A DNA stretch of 64,000 nt, from NCBI GenBank assembly GCA_964016885.1, contig OZ024742.1, forward strand, positions 31,558,001 through 31,622,000, written 5' to 3'. This document shows positions 1 to 13,179 of this stretch, piece by piece (the first letter of the stretch is position 1; each line of letters starts with the position of its first letter). A program made the position numbers and the translations under genes. This DNA comes from Eledone cirrhosa. Lineage: Eukaryota. Below the pieces are notes generated by a model. That model saw nothing but the letters and a program-made list of their open reading frames with translations. It searched no databases and was not told the DNA's origin.

Positions 1-522
1 CCAATCGTTTCATTTCTTTCGAAAGCTACAATTAATTTTTTTGTTTTTGAAAAATTTAAAAGAAGAAAAAAACCTTAAAGTAAACAAAAGCCGAACGTAT
101 TTCCTCTACATCCATCTAATTCTTTTCCAGAATTATTTGGCATTACCTGAACCTTGTAAAGTTGATGCCAAATAAATCAGGAATTATGAGTTAAATAACC
201 AGCCTGCCAGCTGGCAAAATACCCACAACTGGCATCTATGTAATTCACAATCTTCACCTTGTATTTGTTTTGGTCTCATCAAGCATGAATTAAAACTACG
301 ATTAGTGTAATTTTACTGAATGGTTTGTTTAAGTGTGAAGTGGGGAGGTGGGGGTCCTTCTTTGACGGCCTTCTGCTGTGCAGCTCTCCTGAGAGTCTCC
401 TTACACCGTACTCTGACTACATATCTGTTGATCAGGGGAGACAATTCAGAAAAATCAGCAACATCAATCAGGATTTCTATACGAAGTCATTTGCTTCAAA
501 ACTTCCAGGAGAAAGAGTTACC

Positions 523-675
523 TGTATGTATGTATGTATGTATGTATGTATGTATGTATGTATGTATGTATGTATGTATGTATGTATGTATGTATGTATG
601 TATGTGTGTATGTATGTATGTATGTATGTATGTATTTATGTATGTATGTATGTATGTATGTATGTATGTATGTAT
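523..675. repeat. (TATG)n microsatellite
   Basis: Nearly pure TATG array, read directly. Confidence 0.95.
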
Positions 676-825
676 GTCAATAATTGTCACAAGTGTAGTG
701 TTAGTACCAGAGTTTTCAAGTCGCTGGCTGGACTAAAAAGTCACACTCGTTCAGCGCATCGGTAGGAGTTCTCCTACATGGATATAAAGTAGTGGCCGTA
801 CTCGAAAACGAGTTGGCAGCCACCA
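676..825 (+). mobile_element. 3' fragment of non-autonomous RTE-derived element with (TATG)n tail
   Basis: Matches the 3' ~150 bp of 3844-4460 and 63311-63904; ends gcagccacc-(ATGT)n; encodes a relic C2H2 finger (CSVxTRVFKSLAGLKSHTRSAH). Confidence 0.8.
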
Positions 826-896
826 TGTATGTATGTATGTATGTATGTATGTATGTATGTATGTATGTATGTATGTATGTATGTATGTATGTATGT

Positions 897-2786
897 ATGA
901 AAGTCAATCTGGTTTTCGTGCTGGACGCGGCACTACTGATATGATCTTCTCAGCTAGACAGCTCCAGGAGAAGTGCATGGAACAAGGTTTGGATCTGTAT
1001 CAGGTTTTTGTCGATCTGACAAAAGCTTTCGATACTGTTAACAGAAATGCATTATGGAAGGTTCTCCAGAAACTTAGTTTCTCTGATAAGTTCCTTGCTT
1101 TAGTTAGGTCTTTCCATGACGACATGAAGGCTTGGGTTAATGTCGGAGGTAACATGTCGGAGCCTATCTCAGTAAAAAATGGAATGAAAAATGGGATATT
1201 CCAGCACCGACCCTGTATGCCATATACTTTGCAATGGTTTTCTGTATTGCATTCAGGAATTGCGAGCATGGTGTTTACATCCGATATCGAACCACAGGCA
1301 GCATATTTAACATCAGGCGCTTTGCTGCAAAGACAAAAGTATTTACACCAATCATAAGAGACCTCTTGTATGCAGATGATTGCGATCTTGTAGTGCACAC
1401 AGAGAGTGATATGCAGCACATTTTGAATGCATTTTCTGACGCTTGCACTGCCCTAGGATTGACTGTCAGTCTCAAGAAAAGCGTCGTCATGTACCAACTT
1501 GCCCTTGGTAAGCAGTACAGTGAACCAAATATCTATGTGTATGGTAAGCGGCTTGGAGTGGTTGATCAGTTTGTCTACCTGGGAAGCATTGTCAATCGAT
1601 ACAGTAACCTTGATAGTGAAATCTCACTTAGGATTAGGAAAGCAAGTGATGCTTTCGGAAAGCTAGAAAGGCGACTCTGGGGTCGGCGAGACATATGCAA
1701 GAAGACAAAGGTAAAGGTAAAGGCATGTGTGCTCTCTTCTCTTCTTTATGCCTGCGAGACCTGGGTCACATATCGACACAACCTTAAGCAATTGGAGCGT
1801 TTCCATCAGATGTGTCTCAGACGGATCCATGGCGTTCACTGGAGGGACCACATCAGTGATGTCGAGATTTTGGAAAGCTCTATGTGTGACAGTATAGAAG
1901 CTCTTGTGCTTAAACAACGACTCCGTTGGAGTGGTCACGTTGCCAGGATGAAGGATTCTAGAATACCAAAACAACTCTTTTATGGGGAGTTAGTTAAAGG
2001 AAAACGACCGCCACATAAACCAAAAAAGAGGTATAAGGATTCCTTGAAAGCCTCTCTGAAAGACGCTAACATCCCTGCTGATACATGGGAAAATATTGCT
2101 GCTGATCGTAATAAAGACTGTATATGAGGGAAAAGTTGCCTTTGAGGCATCTCGAATGGCATACGAGAAAGTAAAGCGGGATGTGAGGAAGGGCATTGCT
2201 GTTGCACTTCCAGACGGCGAGGGTCCTCCTATGGTGCTGACATGCAGCGTCTGTGCGAGACTCTGCCTAAGCAAAGCTGGACTCGAAAGTCATCTTCGCA
2301 GTCATAAAGTAAGACCAGTGGTTGACTACCAGGCTGCTGTTGGAGATGCTACTCATCATGCTTGCCAAGCATGTGGTAGAGAATGTAAATCAACAGGAGG
2401 GCTCAAGCGACATGCAAAAGTACACGAACTCCAACCACAACCGACTATTCCCAGTGAATGTTTTGGTTGCCGACTCTGTGCAAGACATTTTAGATCATTG
2501 GCTGGGCTAAAAAGCCACATTCGATCGTAGCGCTGTTAGTTGCTATCGTGTGTGTGTGTGTGTGTGTACATATGTTTATGTGTGTGCGTATGTGTGTGTA
2601 TATATATATATATATGTATATTATTATTGTTGTTGTTGTCGTTATTATTGTTGTTATTATTATTATTATTGTTATTAATATATATATATGTATATATATG
2701 TATATGTATATATATGTATATTTATATATATATATTTTTTTTTTCTCGTGCAATGGCCATACTCGATAACGAGGAGGCAGCCATCA
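897..2786 (+). mobile_element. 5'-truncated, frameshifted RTE-clade LINE: RT domain, three C-terminal C2H2-type zinc fingers, (TATG)n tail
   Basis: ORF pieces 833-1357, 1234-2127 and 2096-2530 contain [58 protein letters not shown]; then CxxC..HxxxH fingers (the third lacks its last His); 3' hairpin followed by ATGT repeats. Confidence 0.93.
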
Positions 2787-3558
2787 TGTGTGCATGTATG
2801 TATGTATGTATGTATGTATGTATGTATGTATGTATGTATGCCCTTCAAAGATATTGTATGCTTCGCATTTATGGATTTAATAGAGAGAATAAAAACATAA
2901 AAGATCCCTTTCTTTGTTTCTCTCTCTCTTTTTCTCCCTCAACCTAAACTATGTCCCATTGATATTTACTAACAATTCTTTCAACCTTAAAAAAATTTTT
3001 TTTTTTTTTTCTTTCAAGATAAGAAGAAAAAAAAACATTTAAAAAAAAATTTGAGCACCACACATTCTCTCACACACACACTCAAACGTTTCGAAGCCAT
3101 ATTTTCCACTAAAGTTGGTGTTTGCATTGGCAGCTCCATGACCCGAGGTTCTTTCTGAGGTAATGTCAACCATTTTAGTTGCCACATGTGGCATGGCATA
3201 CAGTGTATCTGTTCTAAGCTGGATACACACAGAAACATTTGAACATCATAAAATACCTTATCTAAAACACATCAACTCCTTTAATATTTTTTCCCCTTCT
3301 AAACAAATATTTTCAAAATTTAAACATTATAGATGTAATTAAACTTCTTATTTGAAATTTATAACATTCAAAAACAACTTTGCCTTAATTTTATTATTTG
3401 AAAATTCTCACCTTCATTTTATATTTAATAACTAAATGGCCTGATGCACGTGTTTGAGAATATCAAAAGATTGAAACATACTGCAGCTTGTAACAAAATG
3501 ATTTGATATAGTTGTGTGTGTGTATATGTATTTATATATGTGTGTGTCTGTATGTATG

Positions 3559-3597
<39 letters not shown>

Positions 3598-3843
3598 TTA
3601 TATATATATGTGTGTGTGTTTATATATATATGTGTGTGTGTTTATATATATATGTATGTATGTTTATATATATGGGTATGTATGTATGTATGTATGTATG
3701 TATGTATATATATATGTATGTATATATATATATATGTATGTATATATATATGTATGTATATATGTATGTATATATATATGTATGTATATATGTATGTATG
3801 TATATATGTATGTATGTATATATATATATATATGTACATATTA

Positions 3844-4460
3844 TGTCAGGTCACCAGTTGGTGCTACTGGTAACATGTATCCCAGTACAACCTGTCTCAT
3901 GGTCGGGTCGTTGGCGACTAAACTGGCAACCCCACCAAGGTTTCTTGGTGAGGAGGGTGACTTTGGACATCCTGCAGGACTAAAAACAAAACCTGTCAAA
4001 GGGCAAAGGAGCTCTTTAGAGTCAATGGCCATCCCAAATCACTGGGAGAGATGACCCCTTAGCCTTTGTCAAGGCGGAATTCTAGGAGAAGGAAAACTCT
4101 GATATAACCCCTGCAACCCTGATGGTATCCAATGATGTTGACTTGTTCTTCTTTTTGGTAAATATTATCTTGGTTAAGAGAGTGGGACTGGCTTTGTGCA
4201 GTGCCTTTGCTCACTATAAAAGCTTCACGGCACAGGCATTGCTTTATATCTGGAGATCTCTGATCTCTCTGCACTTGTCGTCACGTGGTACCATGGGTCC
4301 AGCACTATGTGTCAATAATTGTCACAGGTGCAGTGTTTGTACCAGAGTTTTCAAGTCGCTGGCTGGACTAAAAAGTCGCACTCGTTCAGCGCATTGGTGG
4401 GGGTTCTCCTACATGGATATAAAGTAGTGGCCGTACTCGAAAACGAGTTGGCAGCCACCA
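3844..4460 (+). mobile_element. Non-autonomous RTE derivative (SINE-like, ~600 bp), longest copy
   Basis: Near-identical to 63311-63904 and 4511-4920; contains RTE 5'UTR-like motif ctaggagaaggaaaactctga, a relic zinc finger and a 3' end resembling that of the LINE at 897. Confidence 0.8.
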
Positions 4461-4510
4461 TGTATATATGTATGCATATATGTATGTATGTATGTATATA
4501 TGTATGTATA

Positions 4511-4920
4511 TGGGAGAGATGACCCCTTAGCCTTTGTCAAGGCAGAATTCTAGGAGAAGGAAAACTCTGATATAACACCTGCAACTCTGATGGTATCCAA
4601 TGATGTTGACTTGTTCTTCTTTTTGGTAAATATCATCTTGGTTAAGAGAGTGGGACTGGCTTTGTGCAGTGCCTTTGCTCACTATAAAAGCTTCACGGCA
4701 CAGGCATTGCTTTATATCTGGAGATCTCCCTGCACTTGTCGTCACATGATACCATGGGCCCAGCACTAAGTGTCAATAATTGTCACAAGTGTAGTGTTTG
4801 TACCAGAGTTTTCAAGTCGCTGGCTGGACTAAAAAGTCACACTCGTTCAGCGCATCGGTAGGGGTTCTCCTACATGGATATAAAGTAGTGGCCGTACTCG
4901 AAAACGAGTTGGCAGCCACC
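4511..4920 (+). mobile_element. 5'-truncated copy of the same RTE derivative, inserted in the TATG-like tail of the previous copy
   Basis: Direct repeat of about 4023-4460. Confidence 0.85.
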
Positions 4921-4962
4921 ATGTATGTATGTATGTGCGTATTTATGTATGTGTGTATGTAT

Positions 4963-5118
4963 GTTTCGACAGCTAGATCTGAACGGATCTAGCTGTCGAA
5001 ACGGCCGGAGCTCAGTCGTCGGGGTCCTGACTCTCTTCCTATTACCCACTCTACTACCCTAAGTATCGAGTACTCTGGTGTGTTATGGTCTACCTGGCTC
5101 CTTACCACAATTTCTTTG

Positions 5119-5120
<2 letters not shown>
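4963..5120 (+). mobile_element. Fold-back element family A (half-hammerhead), short inverted arm
   Basis: gtttcgacagctagatc/gatctagctgtcgaaac hairpin, family A tail, then (TA)n. Confidence 0.75.
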
Positions 5121-5155
<35 letters not shown>

Positions 5156-5157
<2 letters not shown>

Positions 5158-5342
5158 AAAAAGTATGACCCCGACGGCAGAGCTCAAGCCGTTTCGACGG
5201 CTATTTCCAGAAATAGCCGTCGAAACGGCTTGAGCTCTGCCGTCGGGGTCATACATTATCCTATTACCCACTCTACTACCCTAACTATTGAGTACGCTGG
5301 TGCGTTATGGTCCATCTAGTTCCTTACCACATATCCTTCGTT
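5156..5342 (+). mobile_element. Fold-back element family A in (TA)n
   Basis: ~50 bp inverted arms around atttc-ca-gaaat; tail ctattacccactc...ccttcgtt; TA repeats on both sides. Confidence 0.85.
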
Positions 5343-5352
5343 CTATATATAG

Positions 5353-5413
<61 letters not shown>

Positions 5414-5519
5414 AGTCGAAGTCAGTGTTGCAGCATATGTACAATCTGTATTTTCATATTACAATTGTTTCGATATCGATCAGCTCACGGTACAATCAAG
5501 GTGACGGGGCCCAACTTAT

Positions 5520-5690
5520 TTTCTACTTTTGGCACAAGGCCAGCAATTTGCAAGGAAGGGAAAAGTTGATTAAATCGATCTTGGTATGGTACTGGTACTT
5601 TATATTATTGACCCCATAATGATGAAAAGCAAAGTTAACCTCAGCGGGAATTGAACTCAGAACGGAAAAGACCGTAACTACATACTCCAA
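5520..5690 (-). mobile_element. tRNA-derived SINE family 1 (representative minus copy; others at about 19858-20042, 29160-29371, 31654-31803, 43543-43720, 46552-46705)
   Basis: Shared core ctttgcctttcatcc..ggggtcgataaaataaagtaccag; B-box-like gttcaaatcc. Confidence 0.8.
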
Positions 5691-6253
5691 CTACTCAGCC
5701 AAATAACAAAACATTTTGAAATTAGAATTTTAATAAATATTTAGTAAAATAAAGGAAATATAGCACTTCTTGTTACTAAGAAAATTAAATTTCCCAGCAA
5801 GTTATCTTGCTTGCGAAGAAAACAACAATAACAAAAACGAAAACCAAACGAAAAAAATAATAAAATAAATAAATAGATAAAAAGAAAACGAAAACATCGA
5901 ATGAGATATTTAACTATCTTCCGTTTAACGATACAGAAAAACTAGAGATCAGCATCCTTCCTTTATATAATCGTGATAGGGAAAGGAATCTGAATATTTA
6001 TATGGAGCAAAATAGGATTGTTGCTATGGAATGCTGCTAAAAATAGATCATATCATTACATTAAGACATGGAACAGGAAAGGATCAAAATCCTGGCTCAC
6101 ATGTTAGTCTTCTTAACTTGGTTTAGAAATAAACCGCCTGGAATTCCTTCCCACTCCGGTTCATGTTTTTGCTCCGTGGATGAGACTTACAGTAGGGTTT
6201 CGTCTACAATCAAACCGCCATATCTTTGCTCCAAGAACGACATTTATTAACAG

Positions 6254-6329
<76 letters not shown>

Positions 6330-6446
6330 TGTATGTATAGTATATTTGGTAATATACGGTATGTTTAATTAAGAACATTTTGAAGACCTTGCGCTATTAT
6401 TTTAAAGTAGTGACTATGTCACTTACTTCTTTTTTCGGCAAAGGAA

Positions 6447-6508
6447 GGGAGAGAAGCTGACAGATTCTGTTTCACACTGTTGGTGTTCCTCAGAGCAACG
6501 TACTCCCC
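6447..6508 (-). ncRNA. Type I hammerhead ribozyme (family D, inverted copy)
   Basis: Reverse complement of 6742-6803. Confidence 0.75.
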
Positions 6509-6741
6509 GACCTCTGCCGAAAATTTTAGAGGCTGAATCTTATAAAATTCCAATAATAATCAGGAACTGATTATACAGAGCGATTGCCGGTCCAGCAAAA
6601 ATTAAAAATTACATCGATATTTCAGAGCACCAATCCTAATTTTTAATTTTTACTGGACCGGCAATCGCTCTGTATAATCAGTTCCTGATTATTCCTGATT
6701 ATTCTATATGAATCCAGCCTCTATAATTTTCGGCAGAGGTC

Positions 6742-6803
6742 GGGGAGTACGTTGCTCTGAGGAACACCAACAGTGTGAAACAGAATCTGTCAGCTTCTCT
6801 CCC
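6742..6803 (+). ncRNA. Type I hammerhead ribozyme (family D)
   Basis: gct-CTGAGGA-acac/gtgt-GAAA-caga.a.tct-GTC^agc; distal ggga/tccc pairing extends stem I. Confidence 0.78.
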
Positions 6804-6904
6804 TTCCTTTGCCGAAAAAAGAAGTAAGTGACATAGTCACTACTTTAACTTGAACCGTTAAGATCCCCTTCCTGGATATGTCAATATTTATAAAACAAAC
6901 TTTG

Positions 6905-6965
6905 TATTTTATCTGATGAGAGCGTACCAAAGTTTTGGTACCCTTGAAATATATATAATAGAATA
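6905..6965 (+). ncRNA. Type I hammerhead ribozyme (family G)
   Basis: tattttat-CTGATGA-..gtaccaaa/tttggtac..-GAAAT-atat-ATA^atagaata; 8 bp stem I; homologous to 44405. Confidence 0.8.
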
Positions 6966-7248
6966 AATATGGTTTTATAAATATAGTTTCCATTTATATA
7001 ATATCGTTGATATTATACTCCAGAAAATCAGTCGAGTGCTTCGAATCAGTTATAAACATATATATTTGTTGAATTACCAACAAATTAAATATCCCTTTAG
7101 GATTTAGCTTCAAGCATAGCTGTATATATAGAACTTTCGTATTTCTAAAGAAACACGGTATGTTTACAGGTAAACATTTAGAAAGAGTTCTCGTCGACTA
7201 AATCTGTTCTCAATTGGTCAACGTTTGTATAACCCAACAGTGTTCTAC

Positions 7249-7361
<113 letters not shown>

Positions 7362-8031
7362 TTGGTGCTCTGAAATAGCTATATATATATGAATGTATAT
7401 ATAGTGTATTTTGCAATACACTGTATGCTTAATTAAAAGCATTTCGAAGACCTTATGCTATTGTTTTAGAGTAGTGACAGTCTCACTTACTTTAATTTTC
7501 AGCAAACAGTGGTAGAACACTGTTGGGTTATACAAACGTTGACCAATTGAGAACAGATTTAGTCGACGAGAAAATCTTGAGTTCATATTGCTAAAATAAT
7601 TTGATTTCTTCAGCTTAGTCCATTTATTAATCGAAAATTATCTTATCTTGAAGAAAAAAAAATATATATATATATAATATATACATATAAAACAAAACAC
7701 ACACCTCCGCAAATATTCTCGATTTGGCGGCAGCGTTTGTTACTGTCCCCCTAGCGGCAATTATGTAAAAGCTCCTTGCTTATCGAATAAGTAGTCGTCG
7801 TTTTCTATGGTTAGGAAAATATTTTTTGTAGAAGAAATCAAAAGGTTAGAGTTAGTAATACATTCTCTGATTTACGTACCATTACAGCTACGGTACCCCA
7901 GGGAGGCCTGATAGCACTAGCCTTATTTCTATCATATATATATATATATATATGTATGTGTATATATATATATATGGATATATATATGTATATATATATA
8001 TATATATATATGGATATATATATATACATAC

Positions 8032-8270
<239 letters not shown>

Positions 8271-8281
8271 GTGTATATATA

Positions 8282-8311
<30 letters not shown>

Positions 8312-8312
<1 letters not shown>

Positions 8313-9846
8313 CATCATCATCATCATCATCATCATCATCGATTAACGTCCATGTTCCACGCTTGCATGGGTTTGGACGGGAGTTTTCCCACTTGAGGTA
8401 AGAGTGGTTGTCTTGCTCGCATAGGACTGTCTGGCGGGTTTTCTACAGCTGGATGCCCTTCCTAACACCAACCACATTTACAGTGTGGGTCTGGGAGGTT
8501 TTTACCGTGTTGCCTACACGGCCACATTACAGCGTGGACTGTCTGGCGGGTTTTCTACAGCTGGATGCCCTTCCTAACACCAACCACATTTACAGTGTGG
8601 GTCTGGGAGGTTTTTACCGTGTTGCCTACACGGCCACATTACAGCGTGGACTGTCTGGCGGGTTTTCTACGGCTGGATGCCCTTCCTAACACCAACCACA
8701 TTTACAGTGTGGGGATGGGAGGTTTTTACCGTGTTGCATACACGGCCACATTACAGCGTGGACTGTGTGTTTTTTGTCGTGACACCTACACGATCTCATT
8801 TGTTTCGGCCTGGATGTTGTGGCACCAACATAACTTTACATTGAAAAGGGGCGGTGTGGATGGGGTGGGACGGGGGTGTATTTTGTTAGAGATGCCTACT
8901 GACTGTAGTAGGTTTTACTTTGTATTTAGGTAAGGCGGGTCTTCTCTATTACTGTGTACCGCCAAAGGTCTCGGTCCAGTGACATTGTCTTGGAGAGGTG
9001 TAAGTGTGTGAGGTCGGAATTTATCAGCTCGTCCCAGGTTTTTCTGGGTCTGCCTACTCCGTGGCTACCATCTATCTTTATTGCCCTGCACTTTGTTATA
9101 CAGCTGTCGTCTTTCATGCGCATCACGTGACCATACCAACGTAGCCTTCTCTCGAGTAAACAACATCTGATCCCTCTTATTTCTAATTTTTTCCTTAGTT
9201 CGTTTATGTTTTGCCGTTCACGTATATTACTATTACACATCCAGCGGAGCATGCAAGCTTCGTTCCTCTCTAGTCTGCGTATATCCTCTGCACACAATGC
9301 CCAGGTCTCACTGCCATGCAACATTGCTGTTCGTATGCAGGCATCATACAACCTGCCTTTCATTTTTAGGGAGAACCCTTTAGCGGCTAATAGTGGTATA
9401 AGCTCTCTGAACTTTTTCCATCCAGTTCTGACTCTAGCTACTGTACTTTCAGAGCACCCTCCCCCACTGCTGATTTTGTCACCCAGGTAACGGAAGCTGT
9501 CCACTATTTCTATAGAACCCTCTGCGCAATTGAAAGAGCTAGTATTCTGTGGGCACTTGCTGCTACTTATTGCACCAGAGCACCGGCCACATGTAAAATC
9601 TGTGTTCTTAGTTAGCTTACCTGTGATCCCACTACATCTTTTATGCACCCATACTTTGCATTTGGGACATAAAATGGAGTTTCTACCTACGCCTTTCCTA
9701 CACACTGAGCATGGCCATTTCCCGGAAGGGACCGGCGCCTTATTTTCTTTCCTACAAACTAGAACTTTAGTCTTAGCCAGGTTAATTTTAAGGCCTTTTG
9801 ATTCTAGGCCGTGCTTCCATGTTTGGAATTTCTTCTCTAGCTCGGC

Positions 9847-9850
<4 letters not shown>
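8312..9850 (-). mobile_element. 5'-truncated RTE-clade LINE with PHD-like finger inside RT; (GAT)n tail; 3'UTR with three ~119 bp tandem units
   Basis: [45 protein letters not shown]; 3' end ggacgttaatc(GAT)n at 8312-8351. Confidence 0.9.
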
Positions 9851-9908
<58 letters not shown>

Positions 9909-9966
9909 GTGTGCTTGTAGATGTATGTATGTATATATGTATATATATATATATGTATATATATAC

Positions 9967-10024
<58 letters not shown>

Positions 10025-10025
<1 letters not shown>

Positions 10026-10220
10026 ACGAAGGAAATGTGGTAAGGAACCAGGTGGACCATAACGCACCAAAGTACTCAATACTCGAGGTAGTAGAGTGGG
10101 TAATAGGAACCAGTAAGACCCCGACAGCTGAGCTCAAGCCGTTTCGACGGCTAATTCTGGACCTCCAGAATTAGCCGTCGAAACGGCTTGAGCTCAGCTG
10201 TCGGGGTCTTACTGGTTCCT
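10025..10220 (-). mobile_element. Fold-back element family A in (TA)n
   Basis: ~58 bp perfect inverted arms centred near 10162; tail on the left. Confidence 0.85.
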
Positions 10221-10227
10221 ATATATG

Positions 10228-10258
<31 letters not shown>

Positions 10259-10265
10259 GTATATA

Positions 10266-10393
<128 letters not shown>

Positions 10394-10397
10394 TAGC

Positions 10398-10532
10398 ATT
10401 ACTGATACTCTGGTGTGTTGGTTTCTTCTATCAGCCACCACTGATGTAGTTTAATCTGTGTTAACGATGTTCTGCTCATTACCAGCGATTTCTCTCTTGA
10501 TGATATCACACGCCATCAGAAACATGTCTAAT
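10398..10532 (+). ncRNA. Degenerate hammerhead (core lacks G8), long stem II
   Basis: atta-CTGAT_A ... tggtgtg/cacgcca ... GAAAC-at-GTC^taat, adjacent to (TA)n. Confidence 0.45.
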
Positions 10533-10986
10533 ATCGTATCGTATTGCATATCAGAGTGTAAAGTAGAGCTTGTACTTTAATCCCAACAAAACTATTGGTC
10601 TATTCATCTCTAAATCAGGTGAAATTCCATCAAAAATACATATTAGCATTTTTGAATCAGTCCGTTACATTTACCAACGAATATAACCACCTGGGATTTT
10701 AGCGTACTACTGACCCTAAATACTTCATCGCCAGGTTGATCATGTATGTAAAATGGTACCATGTCACCTGTTTTTATTACAGTGACTATCGCATTACCTG
10801 CCTCATGAAGCTGTATTTCCACAAATACACAATAGCTACATTATCCCTGGAGACGCATGGCTTAGTGTTAAGTTTGATAGACTTACGATCATAATGTCTT
10901 GGGTTCGACCCCTGGACTAGGTTGTGAGTGTTGTGTTCTTGAGCAAAACATTTCATTTCATGTTGCTCCAGTACATGAATTGGCTT

Positions 10987-11146
10987 ATACCATAGAAATA
11001 ATTTAAACCATACATATAGTTTATACCATAGAAATAATTTATACCATAGATATAGTTTATACCATAGATATAATTTATACCATAGATATAGTTTATACCA
11101 TAGATATAGTTTATACCATAGATATAATTTATACCATAGTTTATAC
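10987..11146. repeat. 18-bp tandem repeat (ttataccatagatatagt), resuming at 12290-12333
   Basis: Read directly. Confidence 0.9.
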
Positions 11147-12289
11147 CAGGAGTGTGCAACATATTCCATTGGCGGGCCACTTTTGAACATTGGAACAACT
11201 ATTAGGGCCATTAATATCTATTAAGCACTGTTCCAAAGATTTACCACAACTTATTCCCATAACATGGAACTGGGAAATTATAACACACATAACCCTATCA
11301 GTGAAGCCCTTTAGTATAGGTCAAGTGGGAAATTATAACACACAAAACCCTATCAGTGAAGCCCTCTAGTATAGGTCAACTGGGAAATTATAACACACAA
11401 AACCCTATCAGTGAAGCCCTTTAGTATAGGTCAACTGGGAAATTATAACACACAAAACCCTATCAGTGAAACCATTTAGTATAGGTCAACTGGGAAATTA
11501 TAACACACAAAACCCTATCAGTGAAGCCCTTTAGATAAGGTCAACTGGGAAATTATAACACACAAAACCCTATCAGTGAAACCCTTTAGATAAGGTCAAC
11601 TGGGGAATTATAACACACAAAACCCTATCAGTGAAGCCCTTTAGTAGAGGTCAACTAGGAAATTATGACAAGCAAAACCCTATCAGTGAAGCCCTTTAGT
11701 ATAGGTCAACTAGGAAATTATAACACACAAAACCCTATCAGTGAAGCCCTTTAGATAAGGTCAACTGGGAAATTATAACACACAAAACCCTATCAGTAAA
11801 GCCCTTTAGATAAGGTCAACTGGGAAATTATAACACACAAAACCCTATCAGTGAAACCCTTTAGATAAGGTCAACTGGGAAATTATAACACACAAAACCC
11901 TATCAGTGAAGCCCTTTAGTATAGGTCAACTGGGAAATTATAACACACAAAACCCTATCAGTGAAGCCCTTTAGTATAGGTCAACTAGGAAATTATAACA
12001 CACAAAACCTTATCAGTGAAATGCTTTAGATAAGGTCAACTGGGAAATTATAACACACAAAACCCTATCAGTGAAGCCCTTTAGTATAGGTCAACTGGGA
12101 AATTATAACACACAAAACCCTATCAGTGAAGCCCTTTAAATAGGGTCAACTAACAGAAAATTGTATTACGGTTACGGAAAAGTTCTAAATAAGCCTACAA
12201 GTTAAAAATTAAGAACGGTCATCGTGGGCCACTCTGACTGGTCTAGAGGGCCAGATGGTGGCCCTTGGGTCGCCTGTTGCACACCCCTG
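11147..12289 (+). mobile_element. hAT-type MITE containing a ~16x55-bp minisatellite (11268-12150)
   Basis: TIRs caggagtgtgcaac / gttgcacacccctg; 8-bp TSD gtttatac/gttaatac; homologous to 30315-31176. Confidence 0.85.
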
Positions 12290-12379
12290 GTTAATACCAT
12301 AGAAATAGTTTATACCATAGATGTAGTTTATACCCGATTAACTAACCACACCCACCCAAATAGACTCATAAACAACACT

Positions 12380-12760
12380 ACCGTCACATCCACCTGGTTC
12401 AGTACTTCAACCACCCTACAAGACTCACAAACATCCTCACCATCACATCCACCCGGTCTTCTACCCCACCCACCCATACATACCGTCACATCCACCCGGT
12501 CTTCTACCCCACCCACCCCACTAGACAGCCACCCATACATACCGTCACATCCACCCGGTCTTCTACCCCACCCACATCACTAGACACCCACCCATACATA
12601 CCATCACATCCACCCGGTCTTCTACCCCAACCACCCCACTAGACACCCATCCATACATACCGTCACATCCACCCGGTTCACTAACCCCCAACCACCCCAC
12701 TAGACACCCACCCATACATACCGTCACATCCACTTGATTCGCTACCCCACCCCTACGCCC
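12380..12760. repeat. Degenerate ~40-60 bp C-rich minisatellite
   Basis: Recurring accgtcacatccacccggtcttctacccc. Confidence 0.85.
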
Positions 12761-12947
12761 CAAACACCACCCTACCGCCCCCACCCTCCTATCCACCCAC
12801 CAAAATAAAATAGAGAAATAATTCTCATACTTTTATCTGATTAAAACATATCAGGTAACCATGACAACGATGTAAAATCACTCAGCCACGCCAAATACAT
12901 GTGATAACTTCTAACACATTTCTATACCCCCCCCCCCACCCCACTCT

Positions 12948-13008
<61 letters not shown>

Positions 13009-13179
13009 CTATCTCATTGTCTCTGTCTCCCACTGATTCCCCCTCTCTCTCTCTCGTTCTCTCTCTATCTCATTGCCTCTGGCTCTCACTGACTCCTCTC
13101 TCTCTCCCTCCCTCTCTCCCTCTCTCCCTCCCTTTCTATCTAATTGTCTCTCTCTCTCTCTCTTTCTATCTCACTGTCT

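Larger units (their letters stand above)
6327..6847. mobile_element. Fold-back HHR element family D (inverted arms about 6403-6611 and 6640-6847)
   Basis: ~200 bp inverted repeat with one HHR per arm; tail abuts (TA)n; diverged tail copy at 7357-7505. Confidence 0.85.

Noticed and set aside
313-522. Exon or LINE C-terminus abutting (CATA)n on the minus strand
   Set aside because: Stops in all frames and no diagnostic motif
5460-5486. Minus-strand CTGATCGA-tat-CGAAAC-aatt-GTA
   Set aside because: Extra base in the core and no stem I or II
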